Part shown: one piece after another, positions 37,739-51,004 of the stretch
Numbering within the stretch: the first letter of the stretch is position 1
Layout: each line of letters begins with the position of its first letter
Assembly: GCF_004010195.1 (NCBI RefSeq)
Contig: NC_057753.1
Coordinates: forward strand, 13,740,485 to 13,804,484
DNA from: Chiloscyllium plagiosum
Lineage: Eukaryota
Direction: 5' to 3'
Length of the DNA stretch: 64,000 nucleotides
Made by a program: the position numbers and the translations under genes
The notes under the pieces: generated by a model
Seen by the model: only the letters and a program-made list of their open reading frames with translations
Databases searched by the model: none
Told to the model about the DNA's origin: nothing

Positions 37739-39099
37739 GGTCTGAACTCTACCATAACGTTTTCATATCTGCCACTTTCCCAGTGGGGAATCATGCATTT
37801 CCTTCACTGGTTAGATTATTCTTGTTAACTATTCGAATGTAACAAAGTAATTGTCGCAATTTTTGAACTAAGATAATTCATTATTCAACACTGAACCGAA
37901 TTGGAATACTGCTGCAACTCATTGCATCCCAGGAATTTTTTTTTTAGTCATTTCATATTTGTACCTTTGGAATCCTATGCCAAAGAGTTTGAACAGCCAC
38001 CTGAGATAAAAGTACTATTGAAAGGCTGAAGTGCATATCAGTTCTGGTTATATTTGGGCTCCAGTTACTGGAATTAAGCATGTAGATACATCAGAGATGA
38101 AGGAAAGTTAAGTGGGTAATCTGGAAGAAGGACATTAATTAATTATTTATACTTATTTTCAGTTACAATATTTACAGCTCACTCCTTAATTTCCAGCATT
38201 AAGAAAGGAAGTCTAGCTATAAATCCGTATTTAATGCGATTCTAGAAGCGTGATGAAACAAACAAACGAAATTTGTCCGAGTGTTTGAAATATCGGCACT
38301 AGATACTGAGAGAGTGAAAAAAAAATCAATAATATTTCAAAACCTATCTTGGATGCCAGATATTGATTTTATATAGATGACCTCTCTCCTGGTTCAGCAT
38401 TCCCATAGTATTGGAAATTGGAAGCTGTTGGCTCTGGCTTATGGGTAATATATTATTTCAGTTGGGAAGCTTGAATATAATTCATTATGATATAGGCGAC
38501 AGAGTGCTCAATACATAGAATTATTCTGATAGAGCATTTAATGATTTTTATTTAACGCCTCTGAACAAACGTTACACTCCATCTCAGATGTGCAAAATCA
38601 ACTTGCGAAGTTTGGCAGTATGAAGAGCGGATTGCTCTGCAGAATGTCTGCGTTCTTGTTGTCCATATTGTGTTTGATAGAGCAATGAGGAGTGAAGTTT
38701 TCTTTGTGGCTAACCAACATATATGCTGCTTGATGTGCATTTTCGATACATGCATGCAACATTCATCTGATAATCTACACATCAATCGAACAATAATCAT
38801 TTTTGCTGATTCATGGGCCGACTGATTGTTTATTAATATCCACATTTCAAGAATAGGTATGTCAGAAAATAAAAACATTCTTACAAAACCAGAAAATATG
38901 ACCATGTCAAAGGTTGACATTTCAATACAGGTTTAGTTAATGCAATTATCATGTAATGACCTTTGCATACCCGAGTATAAAGTTAAATTATCTTAGTATT
39001 AATGAAAAGGAGGAAGCAAAACTAAGCAAAGCAAGAAACAAAGTAAAGGGATGGAACAAAAAAACGCAATAAAAAAACAGAAAATAGGACAAGATTTTG

Positions 39100-39218
39100 A
39101 ATAAAGGAAGAAGGAAGGAAATAAAGCAGGGAAGGACGGAGGAAGGAAAGAAGGAAGGACGTAAGGAAGGGAGGAAGGAAAGAGGGAAGGAGTGAATTAT
39201 GGAAGGATGAAAGGAAGT
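39100..39218. repeat. (GGAA)n-like repeat
   Basis: Imperfect GGAA tandem. A similar repeat at 61438-61484 lies downstream of the second GPCR copy. Confidence 0.9.
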
Positions 39219-39718
39219 TCTGACAAACTGCCTTCACACAATGCTTTCTTGATTTCATCATGGCCTGCAGTGCAATAACATCAATTTAATAATTTCGTGA
39301 TTAAATCAGGGATTGAAGCAACACATGTGTGCAGAGAAGGATCCCAGAAAATCAGTGAGATACAGCAGCACAAGACGGGTTACAGTTCTACAGGTGAAAT
39401 ATTGACCTTAATCCTTTTCAGTGGAGATGGGGAAACATTGGCTAACAGCCATGGATACGTAGAATTGTATTTTATGGCAGCTGAAAGGGTGGGTGCAAGA
39501 TGTGTTTCATCACCTCATATAGAAGGTTCTAAAATCTGATGGACCAGTATCTCTGCAGTTTTGGAAACACTGGACTGTGAGTGTTTGAGAATGAGACACA
39601 CCTTCCTCAACTGCAGAAGCTTGAACCCGTTACTTTCTGAATCACGTGCAAAAGAAAGCGCTGCACACTGAGAAACTCCGATTAAATTTAAAACGCAAAA
39701 AAACATATTTCATTTATT

Positions 39719-40614
39719 CTACCACTTGAAGCATCCAATAGCAGTAGTGAATGGAAAGAGTAACAAATGTTTTATCTCCTGTCGGAATTTGGCCTGAGAT
39801 ATTGCATCTATGAAAACATTGTTGCAGGAACTGAGTGCTGAAGTATCTTTTTAGTTCTTGTAGGATGCAATGCGGAGCAGTGACATTAAGGTTGTTAAAG
39901 TAGCCCTCATCTATAACCTGCACGTGGATTAAATGTACGCCATACGTGACCCATAGAAGGAAGAAGCTGAGAGAAATAGCAAAAAGCAAGACAATGGACC
40001 TCATACGGTTGGCATCTCTGAATCTGAACCACTCTCAGCGTCACGCGGTCTCTAGCCTGCTGTACTTGTTGCTAAGATATATTTGATGGTTAGGGTTGTT
40101 AAGCAATAGATTGGGATAAAGGAGAGAAATGGATTCAAGATTCTATCCAAATAATCATAACTTTTCCAGACGTGTGACGTGTAACAGACAGACCTTATGT
40201 CACAGAACCAAGGAAAACCGTCCGGATTATACAAGAGCTAGAAGATGAATACCATAGTGATGTTCCTAATACAACTGAGAGCAGGCCATTCCAATGATCA
40301 ATGCCAAAGTTTTTACGGAGCAGTATCTGATCGTCAAGCTTTGGCAGCAGATGGCCATAAAATGAACAATGGAAAAGACCACTCTCAGCAAAACTGAAAC
40401 CATCCCTGCTGACGTCTGTCAGCATGGCAGAATTGTGCATCGAGGTGTGGCGGAAAGGACACTGTAGCTGAAGAAAATGCGACCAATCCAGTTGAGAATG
40501 ACTGCAGTAATAACGGTAAAGAAAGCAGCCCCTGCTATTGCCACAGGTAATATGTGATGCAACGCGAAAGTGTGCACTGACCTCGGGATAGAATTATGAT
40601 CGCCACCACGTTTG
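39719..40614 (-). pseudogene. GPR139-like class A GPCR pseudogene (main coding exon), copy 1
   Basis: After the acceptor ggcag: ANVVAIIILSRGQCTLSRCITYY/VAIAGAAFFTVITAVILNWI...FSIVHFMAICCQSLTIRYCS...PWFCDIRS...LNPFLSFIPIYCLTTLTIKYILA...SIVLLFAISLSFFLLWVT...SSCNNVFIDAISQAKFRQEIK...W*. This matches the pattern of shark GPR139-like receptors. Frameshifts and stops are present. Confidence 0.85.
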
Positions 40615-40794
40615 CTGCCAGAGATCTGCTCATACATTTTCTAAAGAAAATACGGTTTACATTCACACTAATCTGTCTGCTATCGAATAATTGGCTTCAG
40701 TTATTAACCTATGGGCAGGATATCTGGACAGAAGTTGTGGAAAATACGAAATAAACATCAAAATGAGAATGAGACATATATTCTGGGATCTGAC

Positions 40795-42238
40795 TTAGAG
40801 TCATAGAGTCTTGGAGATGTACAGCATGGAAACAGACCCTTCAGTCCAACCCATATACCCATACAAATGCGTCTTAAATGTTGTACCAGCCTCCACCACT
40901 TCCTCTGGGAGCTTAGGCCATACACGTATCACCCTCTGCGTGAAAACGTTGCCCCGTAGGTCTCTTTTATATCTTTCCCCTCTCACCCTAAACCTATGCG
41001 CTCTAGTTCTGGACTCCCTGAACCCAGGGAAAATACTTTGCCTATTTACCCTATCCATGCCCTTCATAATTTTGTAAACATCGATAAGGCACACCTCAAC
41101 CTCCGACAGTCCAGGAAAAACAGCCCCAGTCCCACTTCCTCTGGGAGCTTAGTCCATACACGTATCACCCTCTGCGTGAAAACGTTGCCCCGTAGGTCTC
41201 TTTTATATCTTTCCCCTCTCACCCTAAACCTATGCGCTCTAGTTCTGGACTCCCTGAGCCCAGGGAAAATACTTTGCCTATTTACCCTATCCATGCCCTA
41301 CACAATTTTGTAAACATCGATAAGGCACACCTCAATCTCCGACGGTCCAGGAAAAACAGCCCCAGTCTGTTTGGCCTCTCCCTATAACTCAATTCCTCCA
41401 ACTCTGGCAACATCCTGGTAAATCTTTTCTGAATCCTTTTCAGTTTCACAACATCTTTCCGATAGGAAGGAGACCGGAATTGCATGCAATACTCCAACAG
41501 TGGTCTAACCAATGTCCTGGACAGCCGCAACATGGCCTCCCAACTCCTGTACTCAAAAATCTGACCATTAAAAGAAAGCATACTAAACGCCTTCTTCACT
41601 ATCCTAGATACCTGTGATCCACTTTCAAGGAGCTATGAACCTGCACTCCAAAGACTCTTTGTTCAGCAACACTCCCTGGGACCTTACCATTAAGTGTATA
41701 AGTCCTGCTAAAATTTGTTTCCCAAAATGCAGCACCTGGCATTTATCTGATTTAAACTCCATCTGCCAATTCCCAGCCCATTGGCCCATCTGGTCAAGAT
41801 CCTGTTGTTATCTGAGATAACTCTCTTCGTTGTCAACTACACCTCTAATTTTGGTGTCATCTGCAAACTTACTCACTGTACATCTTATGCTCACATCAAA
41901 TCATTTATGCAAATGACAAAAAGTAGAGGGCCCAGCACTGATCGTTATGGCACTCCACTGGTCACATACCTCCAGTCTGAAAAACCTCCCTCCACTAACA
42001 CCCTCTGTCTTCTACCTTTGAGCTTGTTCTCCGTTTATTCCGTGAGATCTAACCTTGTTAATCAGTCTCCCATGGGGAACCTTGTCGAACATCTTACTGA
42101 AGTCCATATAGGTCACATCTACCTCTCTGCCCTCATCACTTCCTCAAAAAACTCAATTAAGTTTGTGAGACATGAGTTCCCACGCACAAAACCATGGTGA
42201 CTATCTCTAGTCAGTCCTTGCCTTTCCAAATACATGCT
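40795..42238 (-). mobile_element. CR1 LINE 3' part with an internal 236-bp tandem duplication
   Basis: Minus ORFs VRPLLEYCMQFRSP and HGFVRGNSCLTNLIEFFEEV. 40896-41131 is repeated at 41132-41367. Confidence 0.9.
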
Positions 42239-43039
42239 CATGATAATGACGTTGGAGATCGACAGTTTAACGCCATCTGTAAATTTCTCAGACTCACATC
42301 CGATCCTAATCCGAGCAATGGCAGTAAAGTTTGTTGTACAAACGTTGCTGGCCTTGAGCGCCTGTTTGCAGGGGTCTGCCCACATACAGCGATATTTAAA
42401 TAAACATTTCTCGTTCTGTTCCCGGGGATGGTAAATAAATTAGCGAGGAATTTCTAAATATGCTGGTGTTGCGTTCATCGTTGTTATCACATTGCAAACT
42501 ACGAGCCTGAAGAATATGGATCATGAAACATATTCTGCTAAGCCAGAAATAAAGGACAACTCTCAGCAGGTATAAATGAAACTGCATTTTAGATGCCAAT
42601 TGTGCTCAGATTTGGGTTCGAAACTCTGTTTCAATGTCACGAAGAGTTGATCTGTCATAATTGCTTTTAAGTATCGTTGATATAAGATAAGTGATCTTTG
42701 ATCCCGACAAAGTTTGCCTGCAAGTCACACACCATCCTGACTTGTAACTACATCACCATTCTTTCATCAATGGTTCGAGAACCTTCAATACCCGTTCCTG
42801 CAGCAATCTGGTTGTCCCTGAACACCAATGGCAGCAATGGTCCAGGAAGGCAGCTCACCAACCAATTCTTCAGGGCAGTGAGAGTTTGACAATAACAGCT
42901 GATGCTCAAATCCCATGAAAGTATTTAAGTAAATACACTCTCTGGTGTAATTGTCTTTAAATTGTAAATATACCCCCAAAAGATCGCTGAACTTAGAATA
43001 ACTCAGGGAAATTTTATTCTCCAACAGGAAGATCACTCC

Positions 43040-45556
43040 TACTACTCATATCGCATCTGATTTCTTTTGGAAAATTTGAGGGGTGATGCACTCTGAGGGA
43101 ATGTAGCACTGAAAGCCATGCTATTGGTACCGAGACTGGCTTTATTTTAAAGAGAAGTACGCAAGGTTCCAAGCGATCAATTGTGGAAGGGGACTCTCGA
43201 CAGAGGCACAGATGGGCCTTTCTGCAGCCAACAACGAGACATCAGAATCGTGATTTGCTTCCCTGGAGCAATTAACAAGGATGTTCGGTGAGGCTGCAGA
43301 ATATTCTCAAAACGAAAAAGGAACAATAGGAGGTAATTGTACAGATTAGAACTAACGATATACGAAGAGAAAACGATGGGATTCTGATGAGAGAATATTG
43401 GACGTTAGACAGAAACTAAAAATGAGGTTCTCCAGGATATTTGGATTCCTCCCAATGCCACGAACTAGTGAGAGTATGAATAGGAGCTTAGAGCAGATGG
43501 CGGTGTCTGTCATTGGAAGCTGATTTGGGGGTAGAAGTGATCTATTTAAGAAAGATGGATTGCACGTAAATTGGAACTGGATTAATATAATGGTGGGGAG
43601 ATTTGTTAGAGCTGCCAGGAGGATTGAAGCTAGTAAGGGTGGGGTTGTGGGGAAGGAACCCAGGAGTTAGTGAAAAGAGAGGTCATTCTGCGACTGGTTA
43701 ATTTGGGAAACGGAGAGAAATAAACAGGAGCAAAATAAACTGTCAGGGCAGGCAGAAAGCAAAAAGGGGGAAGGAGAACCTAAAGGGAATCTACAAATAC
43801 ATTGAACTCAAAAGAGTATCAATGGACAGAAGAGAGCCCCTTAAAGATCAGCCAGGCTCCCTATATGTGGAACCATTGCAGACGGGGGAGATATTTAACA
43901 AATATTTTGCGTCAGTGATTACTGTGGAGCAGGATGTGGAAGTTGGAGAATGTGAGGAAATAAATAGTGACATTTTCAAAAATGCTAATATGACAGAGTA
44001 GGAGGTGCTGAACATCTTAAAACGTATAAAGGGGAACAAGAGACCTCTATGAAAAGCTAGTGAAGTTTTTGTTGGGCCCTTTGCTGAGATGTTCGTATCA
44101 TCAACAGCCATGAGTGAACTGTCAGCACACTGGAGGTTGTTACGCACGTTGTGACATTTAAGAAATTAGGTAAGGACAATCCAGTCAACTATAGACCAAT
44201 GAGTCTGACATCAGTAGTGTGCGAGTTATTGCAAGGGATCCTGAGGGACCGAATCTGAATTTATATATGAAAAGGGAGGTCTGATTAGAGTTAGTCAACA
44301 TGGCTTTGTGCGTGTGAAATCGTGCCTCACGAACTTGACTGATATTTTTAAAGAAATGACGAGGGCAGAAGGGTGGACGTGATCTATGTGAAATCTAACA
44401 AGACTTTCAACAATGCTCCTAAGGGTACACGAGTTAGCGAGGTTATATCACATGGAATACAGAGAGATCAAGTCACTTGCATAATGAACTGGCTCAAAGA
44501 TAGAAAACAGAAGGTAATGGTGAAGAGTTTCTTTTCAGACTGGAATCTTTTGTCCAGTGGCATGTCACAGGGACCTGTGCTAAGTCAACTGTTTTTTCAT
44601 CATTCACGTGAATGAATTGCATGTGAACATAGGAAGTATGGGTCCTAAATTTGTAGATGACACCGAAAAATGAGTGTGATATGGACAGTGAAATAGATTA
44701 CCTCAGAATACAACTGCACTTTTATCATCTAGTCCAATTGGCCAAAGGGCCAAGGCTTGGGGGATGGAATTCCATTTTGAAGCATGTGAGGTTTAGCATT
44801 TTGGAAACTCAAATAAGGGCAGGACTTATACACTTAACGGTAAGATCCTGGGGAGGGCTGCTGAACAAACAGATCTTAATGGAGATTCGTAGTTCCTTGA
44901 AAGTGGAGTCTTAGGCCAACAGGGTGATGAAGAAGGAGTTTCGTATGCTCACTGTCATTGGTCCGTGCATTGAGTAAAGAAATTGGGAGGCCATGTTTAA
45001 CTGTACAGGACTTTGATTAGACCACATATGGAATACTGCAGACAATTCTGGTCTCCCTGCCAGGCGAAGGACGTTGTGAAACTTTGAAATGTTCAGAAAA
45101 CACTTGTAAGAATGTTGCCAAATTTGAATTGTTTGAGCTATAGAGACAACCTGAAACAGCTGGTTCTACTTGTCCTGAAGTCTCAGAGGGTAAGGTTGAT
45201 AAAATCATGAGGGTCAAGAGAAGCTAACGTGTTGTCCCAGTAGAGCGGTTTCCAAAACTAGAGGGCACAGGCTGAAGGTGACAGGAGCAAGATCTCAAAG
45301 GAAACTAAGGGACAACATTTTCATTCTGAGGTGGTGCATGCATTGATTGATCTGCCAGAGGAAGTGGTGGAGGATGATGCAATTACAAAATTTGAAAGGT
45401 ATCTCAATCGGGTCCTGAAGAGAACTGGTTTAGAGCGATATGGTTTAAATGCTGGCAAATGGTTAGATTTATTTACGATACCTGGTTGGCATGGACGCGT
45501 TGGACTGAAGGGCCTGTTTTCATGCTGCATTTCTCTATGGCTCTATGACTCTATAT
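43040..45556 (+). mobile_element. Degraded CR1 LINE (ORF1 esterase remnant, ORF2, tail)
   Basis: RIVICFPGA- and DGLH-like ORF1 remnants, RT remnants, and a ctctatgactcta tail at ~45540. Confidence 0.8.
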
Positions 45557-45599
45557 TCTGATAGAGTCAAGTTTTGTCCCAATGAAAAATAATTGTGAA

Positions 45600-46915
45600 A
45601 TGAGTCATAGAGTCAAACAGCACGGAAATTGACAGTTCGGTCCAACCTGTTTGCACTTGCCAGATGTCCCGAAGTTATCTCGTCCCATTTGCCAGCTTTT
45701 GCCCGTGCTCCTCTAAACCCTTTCTATTTATGCACTCATCCAAACGTCTTTAAATGTTGAAATTGTACTCACCTCTGGCACCTTGCTCAATGCACGCATC
45801 ATGCTTTGTGTAAAATGTTGTCACCATGGTTGGTTTTAGATTTGCCCCCTTCACCCAAACATATGAAATTTAATTTTGGAATCCTCGGGCATGGTAACAC
45901 AACTTTTGCTATAACCCTATCCATAACTCTAATAGTTATACAAACGTCTATAACACCACCCCTTAGCCTCCAAGGATGCGGGAAAAAATATTTTTCAGAC
46001 AGTGTTTAGTCTCTCCCTGTAGCTCAAATTCTCCAATCACTGCAACATAATTGTGAATCTTTTCGGTACCCTTTCATGTATCACAACATCCTTCATTTCA
46101 GAGAACAACCAGAATCGTATGGAATGTTATAAACGTACCTGAACGAATTTCCTGTACGTCCGTAAAATGACATCACTACTTCCGACTAGTAAAAGGAAAC
46201 ATGTCAGATTCCTTCATCACAACCCTGTATAACTGCGTTTCCACTTTCAAGGAATTATGTACCTGCACCCCCTTATGTCGTTGCTGGTAAAACTCCCCAG
46301 GGCCGTACCATTAAATACTTCCTGACCTGGTGTGTTTTACTAAAATACAACAACTTACATTTATGTAAATTAAATGCCATCTACAACCCGTCGGATTTTG
46401 GCATATCTGAGAAAAGCCTAATTATACATTGGGAATAGTTCTTCGTTTTCCACTACACCAGCTATTTTGGTGACTTTTCTAAACTGAATTAGATAACTCC
46501 TGCACGTACATGCAAATGGCTTACATGAATGATGAAATGCGGTGGACCCAGCACATCGCTGATCACGGGCCTCCAGTTTGAAATACAACCTTATACCTAT
46601 GTTGTGTCCCCAGCCTTCAAGCAAAGTTTTGTATCCAATCGGCTGGATCCCCCTTGGGTCCAATGTGATTACAACTTATTCATCAATCTACCATGCGGAA
46701 GCCTTGTCAAAAGGCAGGCTGAAGTCCATATTGCTCAGGTCTAGCTCTCTACCTTCGTCAATCTTCTTTGTCAACTCTTAAAAGAAGTTAATCCGGTTAG
46801 TGGGATACGATTAACCACGGACAAAACTATGTTAATTAAACCTTAATCAGTCCTGACCTTCCAAATGCATGGGTATCCTGTCAATCATAATCCTGCCAAT
46901 AACTTACCTAGCACT
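45600..46915 (-). mobile_element. Degraded CR1 LINE
   Basis: CR1 3' UTR at 45600 and RT remnants up to ~46900. Confidence 0.75.
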
Positions 46916-49900
46916 GAAATTATGGGTTCTGAGCAGAAAGTGAGGAGCTTGTTGTCGAAATTGGTGATGCAAAAACAATCTACAGTTTCTAAGTGCATGA
47001 AATAGAGGATACGTATTGCTGAATTTTAACTATTGGACGCTGTGACCTTTTTGTTCGAGCTGGGATACCAAATCATTGTTATTCAACTCTCAAGACAAAC
47101 AGCAGCCACAGCATATACGAATGGGAAACAGAAAGAACCTGCTCATTCTGGAACGTGAATTGGGAATGATTCAAGTGCGAAATACCTGTCGTCAATGCGA
47201 TAATCAGTGCGTGTCAGAGCTTCACCCCTATAGTCTTTGGCTAAACGCCAGAAACAGGGACAGTGATCACCGTCTTTACCACGCACGGAATGGGAGAAAA
47301 TTAAATCAAACCTAATTAGTCAGCTGACGTATAATCTCCTCCAGGCGCATTCTTAAATTTTCAAACGACTCTTTCAATAGAAGGGGGCTGATAATATTCA
47401 GTAGGTGAACAGCCACCTCCATCCGGTGGCAATTGTGACAACATCTGTAACAGACAAATGTAAGCACGTCTACAAACACACAGAGGCTGAGGGGAAATGC
47501 TTAAAAGGTTCCACATTGAGGGAAATCAGTATGTCTCTGTTGCCTGGTGAGGAAGGAAACCCTGTGTTGAAGATTTCCTTAAAAACTGAAAGTTCATAGC
47601 ATTTACTGCGTACCACGAGGTTTTCTTTAACAGCTACTACTGCTGTGCGTAATCTTCCGAAATTGCATCATATGAAAACAAAGACAGAAATTACAAAAGC
47701 AGTTAAATTACAATGCCCAAAACCAGCATCAGCACTTCATCTGGCGCCAAACACACCCTATTATCTCTATTCTTTTTAAAATCTACGCTTCTAAAATATG
47801 GTGAATGAACTCGCAATAACACGGATTATGGGACGATGGTAATCTGACATCATGGGTGGACAACCCATTGCCATTAGCCATAACTGTTGAGATAATTTAT
47901 TTGAATACATCAAATCAAGGTTCATCTCGAAGTGTGATTAAACAATAAGTGCCAGGGCGATAGAGAGGAGAACGTTCAGGATAGGTGACGCCAGTAAAAC
48001 TCATAGAGGCTAACTTAGGTCAATTCCATAATAACCATGTTGGAGCCAAGAGATTTAGAGGAACCACATTCACAATGGAAAAGCTGCTACGGTGACAAGA
48101 TTACATCAGTGCGTAAGGACACTTGCAGGGACAAGGATGGCCTCAAGACAGTGGGGAAAGCAATCTTCATCAAGTAGTCTTCACCCAGCAGGTGGAAGAC
48201 TGAACAAAGGAGAGGAGGAATACCAAGGGAATAGTTCTTTATAATCCCAGTTATAGAAATAAAAAGCTCTCTACAAAATTATAAGGAGACTGAAACATTC
48301 CTGGTCGACAGGTCATGTGTCATCTGGTGTCAGTAAACCAATTTAATTGTGGTGGTCGTCCACTTTCTATATAGAATTATCTAATGCATTATCTCTAATT
48401 TACTGCTTCTTCACAAACTGAATACACTGCCAGAATTTTGTGATAAGTTGTTTACTGTGTAATTGTGATGGCGAACCCAGAAAAAAAGTGTATTTTTTTC
48501 AGACGTGGTTGAAGAGGATTCAGACACAACCGCTAGAAACCCCAAACTCTGAATCAGACTCATTGATTTAAATCTCAGTCTGAACAGCGGCCCTAGAAAA
48601 CAGAAGACATGCAGACGAGAGGAGAGAGAAAAGAACTGAGAGTCGCACATATAAATGGGAGGGGTATAGGTTTGGATTTTAGCCCAGAGATTTTGTGCAA
48701 TAATGATTTGCAGATTTGGTAAGACAAGAAATGCTAAGCAGTATCCATTATGTGGGATTTACACAAAATAAGCTCGATCTTCTGAAATCAATGTAATATT
48801 TGAAATTAGAATTAGATTTCAATTAGAATGTGATAATATTATTGCAATGTGTACTCATGCACAGGAAAACAGGAGTACAGTGAGAAGTGTACAAAGCTGC
48901 CATTCCTAACTTGGAATGTGAATAAAGCAGAATTAATATATAAAAAAATACAAAAGAAATACAGCCAAACTTAAAGAAAACGTTCAAATCACCCCTATCA
49001 CATCCACCATGAGTCCTGACATATCACGGAAGCTGGCAAATCGCTGCTGGAATATTAAAGCTTTAAAGTTTATCCTTTATTTTTTGAACGCTCAGATGAT
49101 TTGAATCCATGCCTGCTGCTGATGCTGGAGCGTTGTAACGTTACTGTTACTTCCGCCAGGCACCCGAGTCTTGGCAGAGCCTGGATCTTCAGAGCAATCT
49201 GCGATTCTGGACCAGGGGTCAATATGGGGACCCGAGGTGAGTTGTCTCTTTTTTGCTATCTTTGCTCGTGCCGCAGTATCCTCAGAACCTGTTTCTCGAT
49301 CACCAGGAAATCTCGTTGTTGCATTCCCTTGGTTGAAATGCTCTTGCCATCACCAAGAATGCTGTTGCAAAAGGAAGAAAAGTAAAAACAAAAAAGAAAA
49401 TACAAGCAAAAGAAGAATTCGAACAAGAGAAATCAGAATGAAGGAGGCAAACTGGTAATAACAGGAAATACCATAGTTCGACAAAACTAAAAACAGGTTT
49501 GATAAAATACACCTTGCCAACTGTTTTCAGTAGTAAGATTTTCAAACAGATGGGGAAAAAAAGAATTAGCACAAAAGCAACCTACTTTACTTTTCTCATT
49601 GAACTCTGCTCAAATTTTTGTTTCTGCAGTGAATGAATGGTAGAATTCGATTCTATGCAAACTTTTTACATGTATTGCAAGGGCACTTTGAAAAAGAATT
49701 AAATCTACACAGCGATAAAACAACAAAAGGATGAAAGGTTTGGAATTAAATAAGTAGTCTTTTTGAAGAGCGGATGCAGCTTCGTTTTCTGATTGACCAT
49801 ATGCTGCATTGTATATCTCCAATAATTCGACTTTTTGAAATCCCCTACCCATCAACTTGTATCTCACTTAACTTGTGACTAAAGGGGCAGGGTAGTCACA

Positions 49901-50170
49901 GATATCTCAACATTCAGAATTTCCATATGTAAATCCGAGCAATGACACGTATTTTCTGTTCTCAAATGGAGCAATGAGTTCACTCATCGCCATGTCACCG
50001 CAGTCCTGCCTTCAACTTCCGTTTGTTCTGACTCTTACCCACCTTTCCGCCCTGTGGTATTTAGGAAATTGTTGCAACCATTGATGCTGGTGATCGACTG
50101 GAGAAACTTTGAAAGTGGATCTAGGATAGAGGGTTTTGCAGTCTGCAGAATTACAAACCCAGACAGCACA

Positions 50171-50216
50171 ATGAAGAACTACCTTGCACGACTCTTCATC
50201 ATTGTCTCATTTCTCA
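50171..50216 (+). CDS. Leader exon of V5 (MKNYLARLFIIVSFL)
   Basis: ATG at 50171, phase-1 GTAAGT at 50217, intron ending tttttcttag at 50331. Confidence 0.92.
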
Positions 50217-50331
50217 GTAAGTCCTTCTTTCCATTCAACCCCAGCCAAGTTATTTGTAGTCGGGACATTATTATTATTAAAACAATGACTGTACTGATCA
50301 TGACTTCAGATAATGTTATTATTTTTCTTAG

Positions 50332-50638
50332 AATACAGTTGTGAAGACACAGTGGAACAACCCGTTCCTGAAATGACGGTTGAGGAAGGAAATAATGTTA
50401 TACTCACATGCAACTTTAAGACAAGTGATCTTAATCCTTATGTTTTCTGGTACAGTCAACCCGCAGGACAGCCTCCGCAATATCTACTTTACATGATTAC
50501 AGCTGGGACTGTAAACAGGAATCCTGAATTGTCTGATCGTTTTTCTTTGACATTTGAGAAAACTACAAAGAAAACCAATTTAACGATCAACAAGGCCTTC
50601 GTCTCTGACTCTGCTGTGTATTTCTGTGCAATGAGACC
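50332..50638 (+). CDS. Intact TCR alpha/delta-type V exon (V5)
   Basis: (K)YSCEDTVEQPVPEMTVEEGNNVILTCNFKTSDLNPYVFWYSQPAGQPPQYLL...DRFSLTFEKTTKKTNLTINKAFVSDSAVYFCAMRP. The framework and the CAMRP ending are typical of TCR V-alpha. Confidence 0.95.
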
Positions 50639-50678
50639 CACACTGATGCAGACAGATGGCATGGCCCGTACAAAAACT
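50639..50678 (+). promoter_or_regulatory. RSS of V5 (24-nt spacer)
   Basis: CACACTG at 50639-50645, spacer 50646-50669, ACAAAAACT at 50670-50678. Confidence 0.9.
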
Positions 50679-50699
50679 CACTCTCAGACTTCCAATTAG

Positions 50700-50717
50700 A
50701 GGTCACCAGGGGGCGGT
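50700..50717 (+). promoter_or_regulatory. Putative CTCF-binding element downstream of the V5 RSS
   Basis: aGGTCACCAGGGGGCGGt closely matches the CTCF core GGCCACCAGGGGGCGC. Confidence 0.65.
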
Positions 50718-51004
50718 CTCACACTGCGGAACATAACAATTCATCTCTACAGGGAGAATCACAGACCAAATTCTTGTAGTAATAAAAACGGATCTCAGTA
50801 ACAAATGTTTAGTTACATTTGCAGATTTATATCGCTATGTAAGTTCAGGATGCCAATATGGTAAGAATAACACTCAGAAATATCTCTGTGCTATTCTGTT
50901 TCATGTTATTTTGCAAATGAACGACTCCAATGCCTTTCCTTCTCATCTCTCCATTCAGTTCCTTCCGCTCAACACACTGGATCACATTTACTTTGCACTT
51001 GCAT

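Noticed and set aside
38620-38680. Leader-like MKSGLLCRMSAFLLSIL
   Set aside because: Weak donor and no downstream V exon recognised.
42290-42385. Minus-strand short ORF ending in t|GTGAGT (possible leader or first exon)
   Set aside because: The peptide is neither a convincing signal peptide nor GPCR TM1.
42800-42900. Minus-strand IAAIGVQG, resembling exon 1 (LAAIGVP) of GPR139-like genes upstream of GPCR copy 1
   Set aside because: It lies in what looks like a common interspersed repeat and has no suitable donor site. Exon 1 was not identified for either GPCR copy.
47040-47300. Minus-strand RSS-like aacaatg...acaaaaagg
   Set aside because: The spacer is about 19 nt and there is no V framework.
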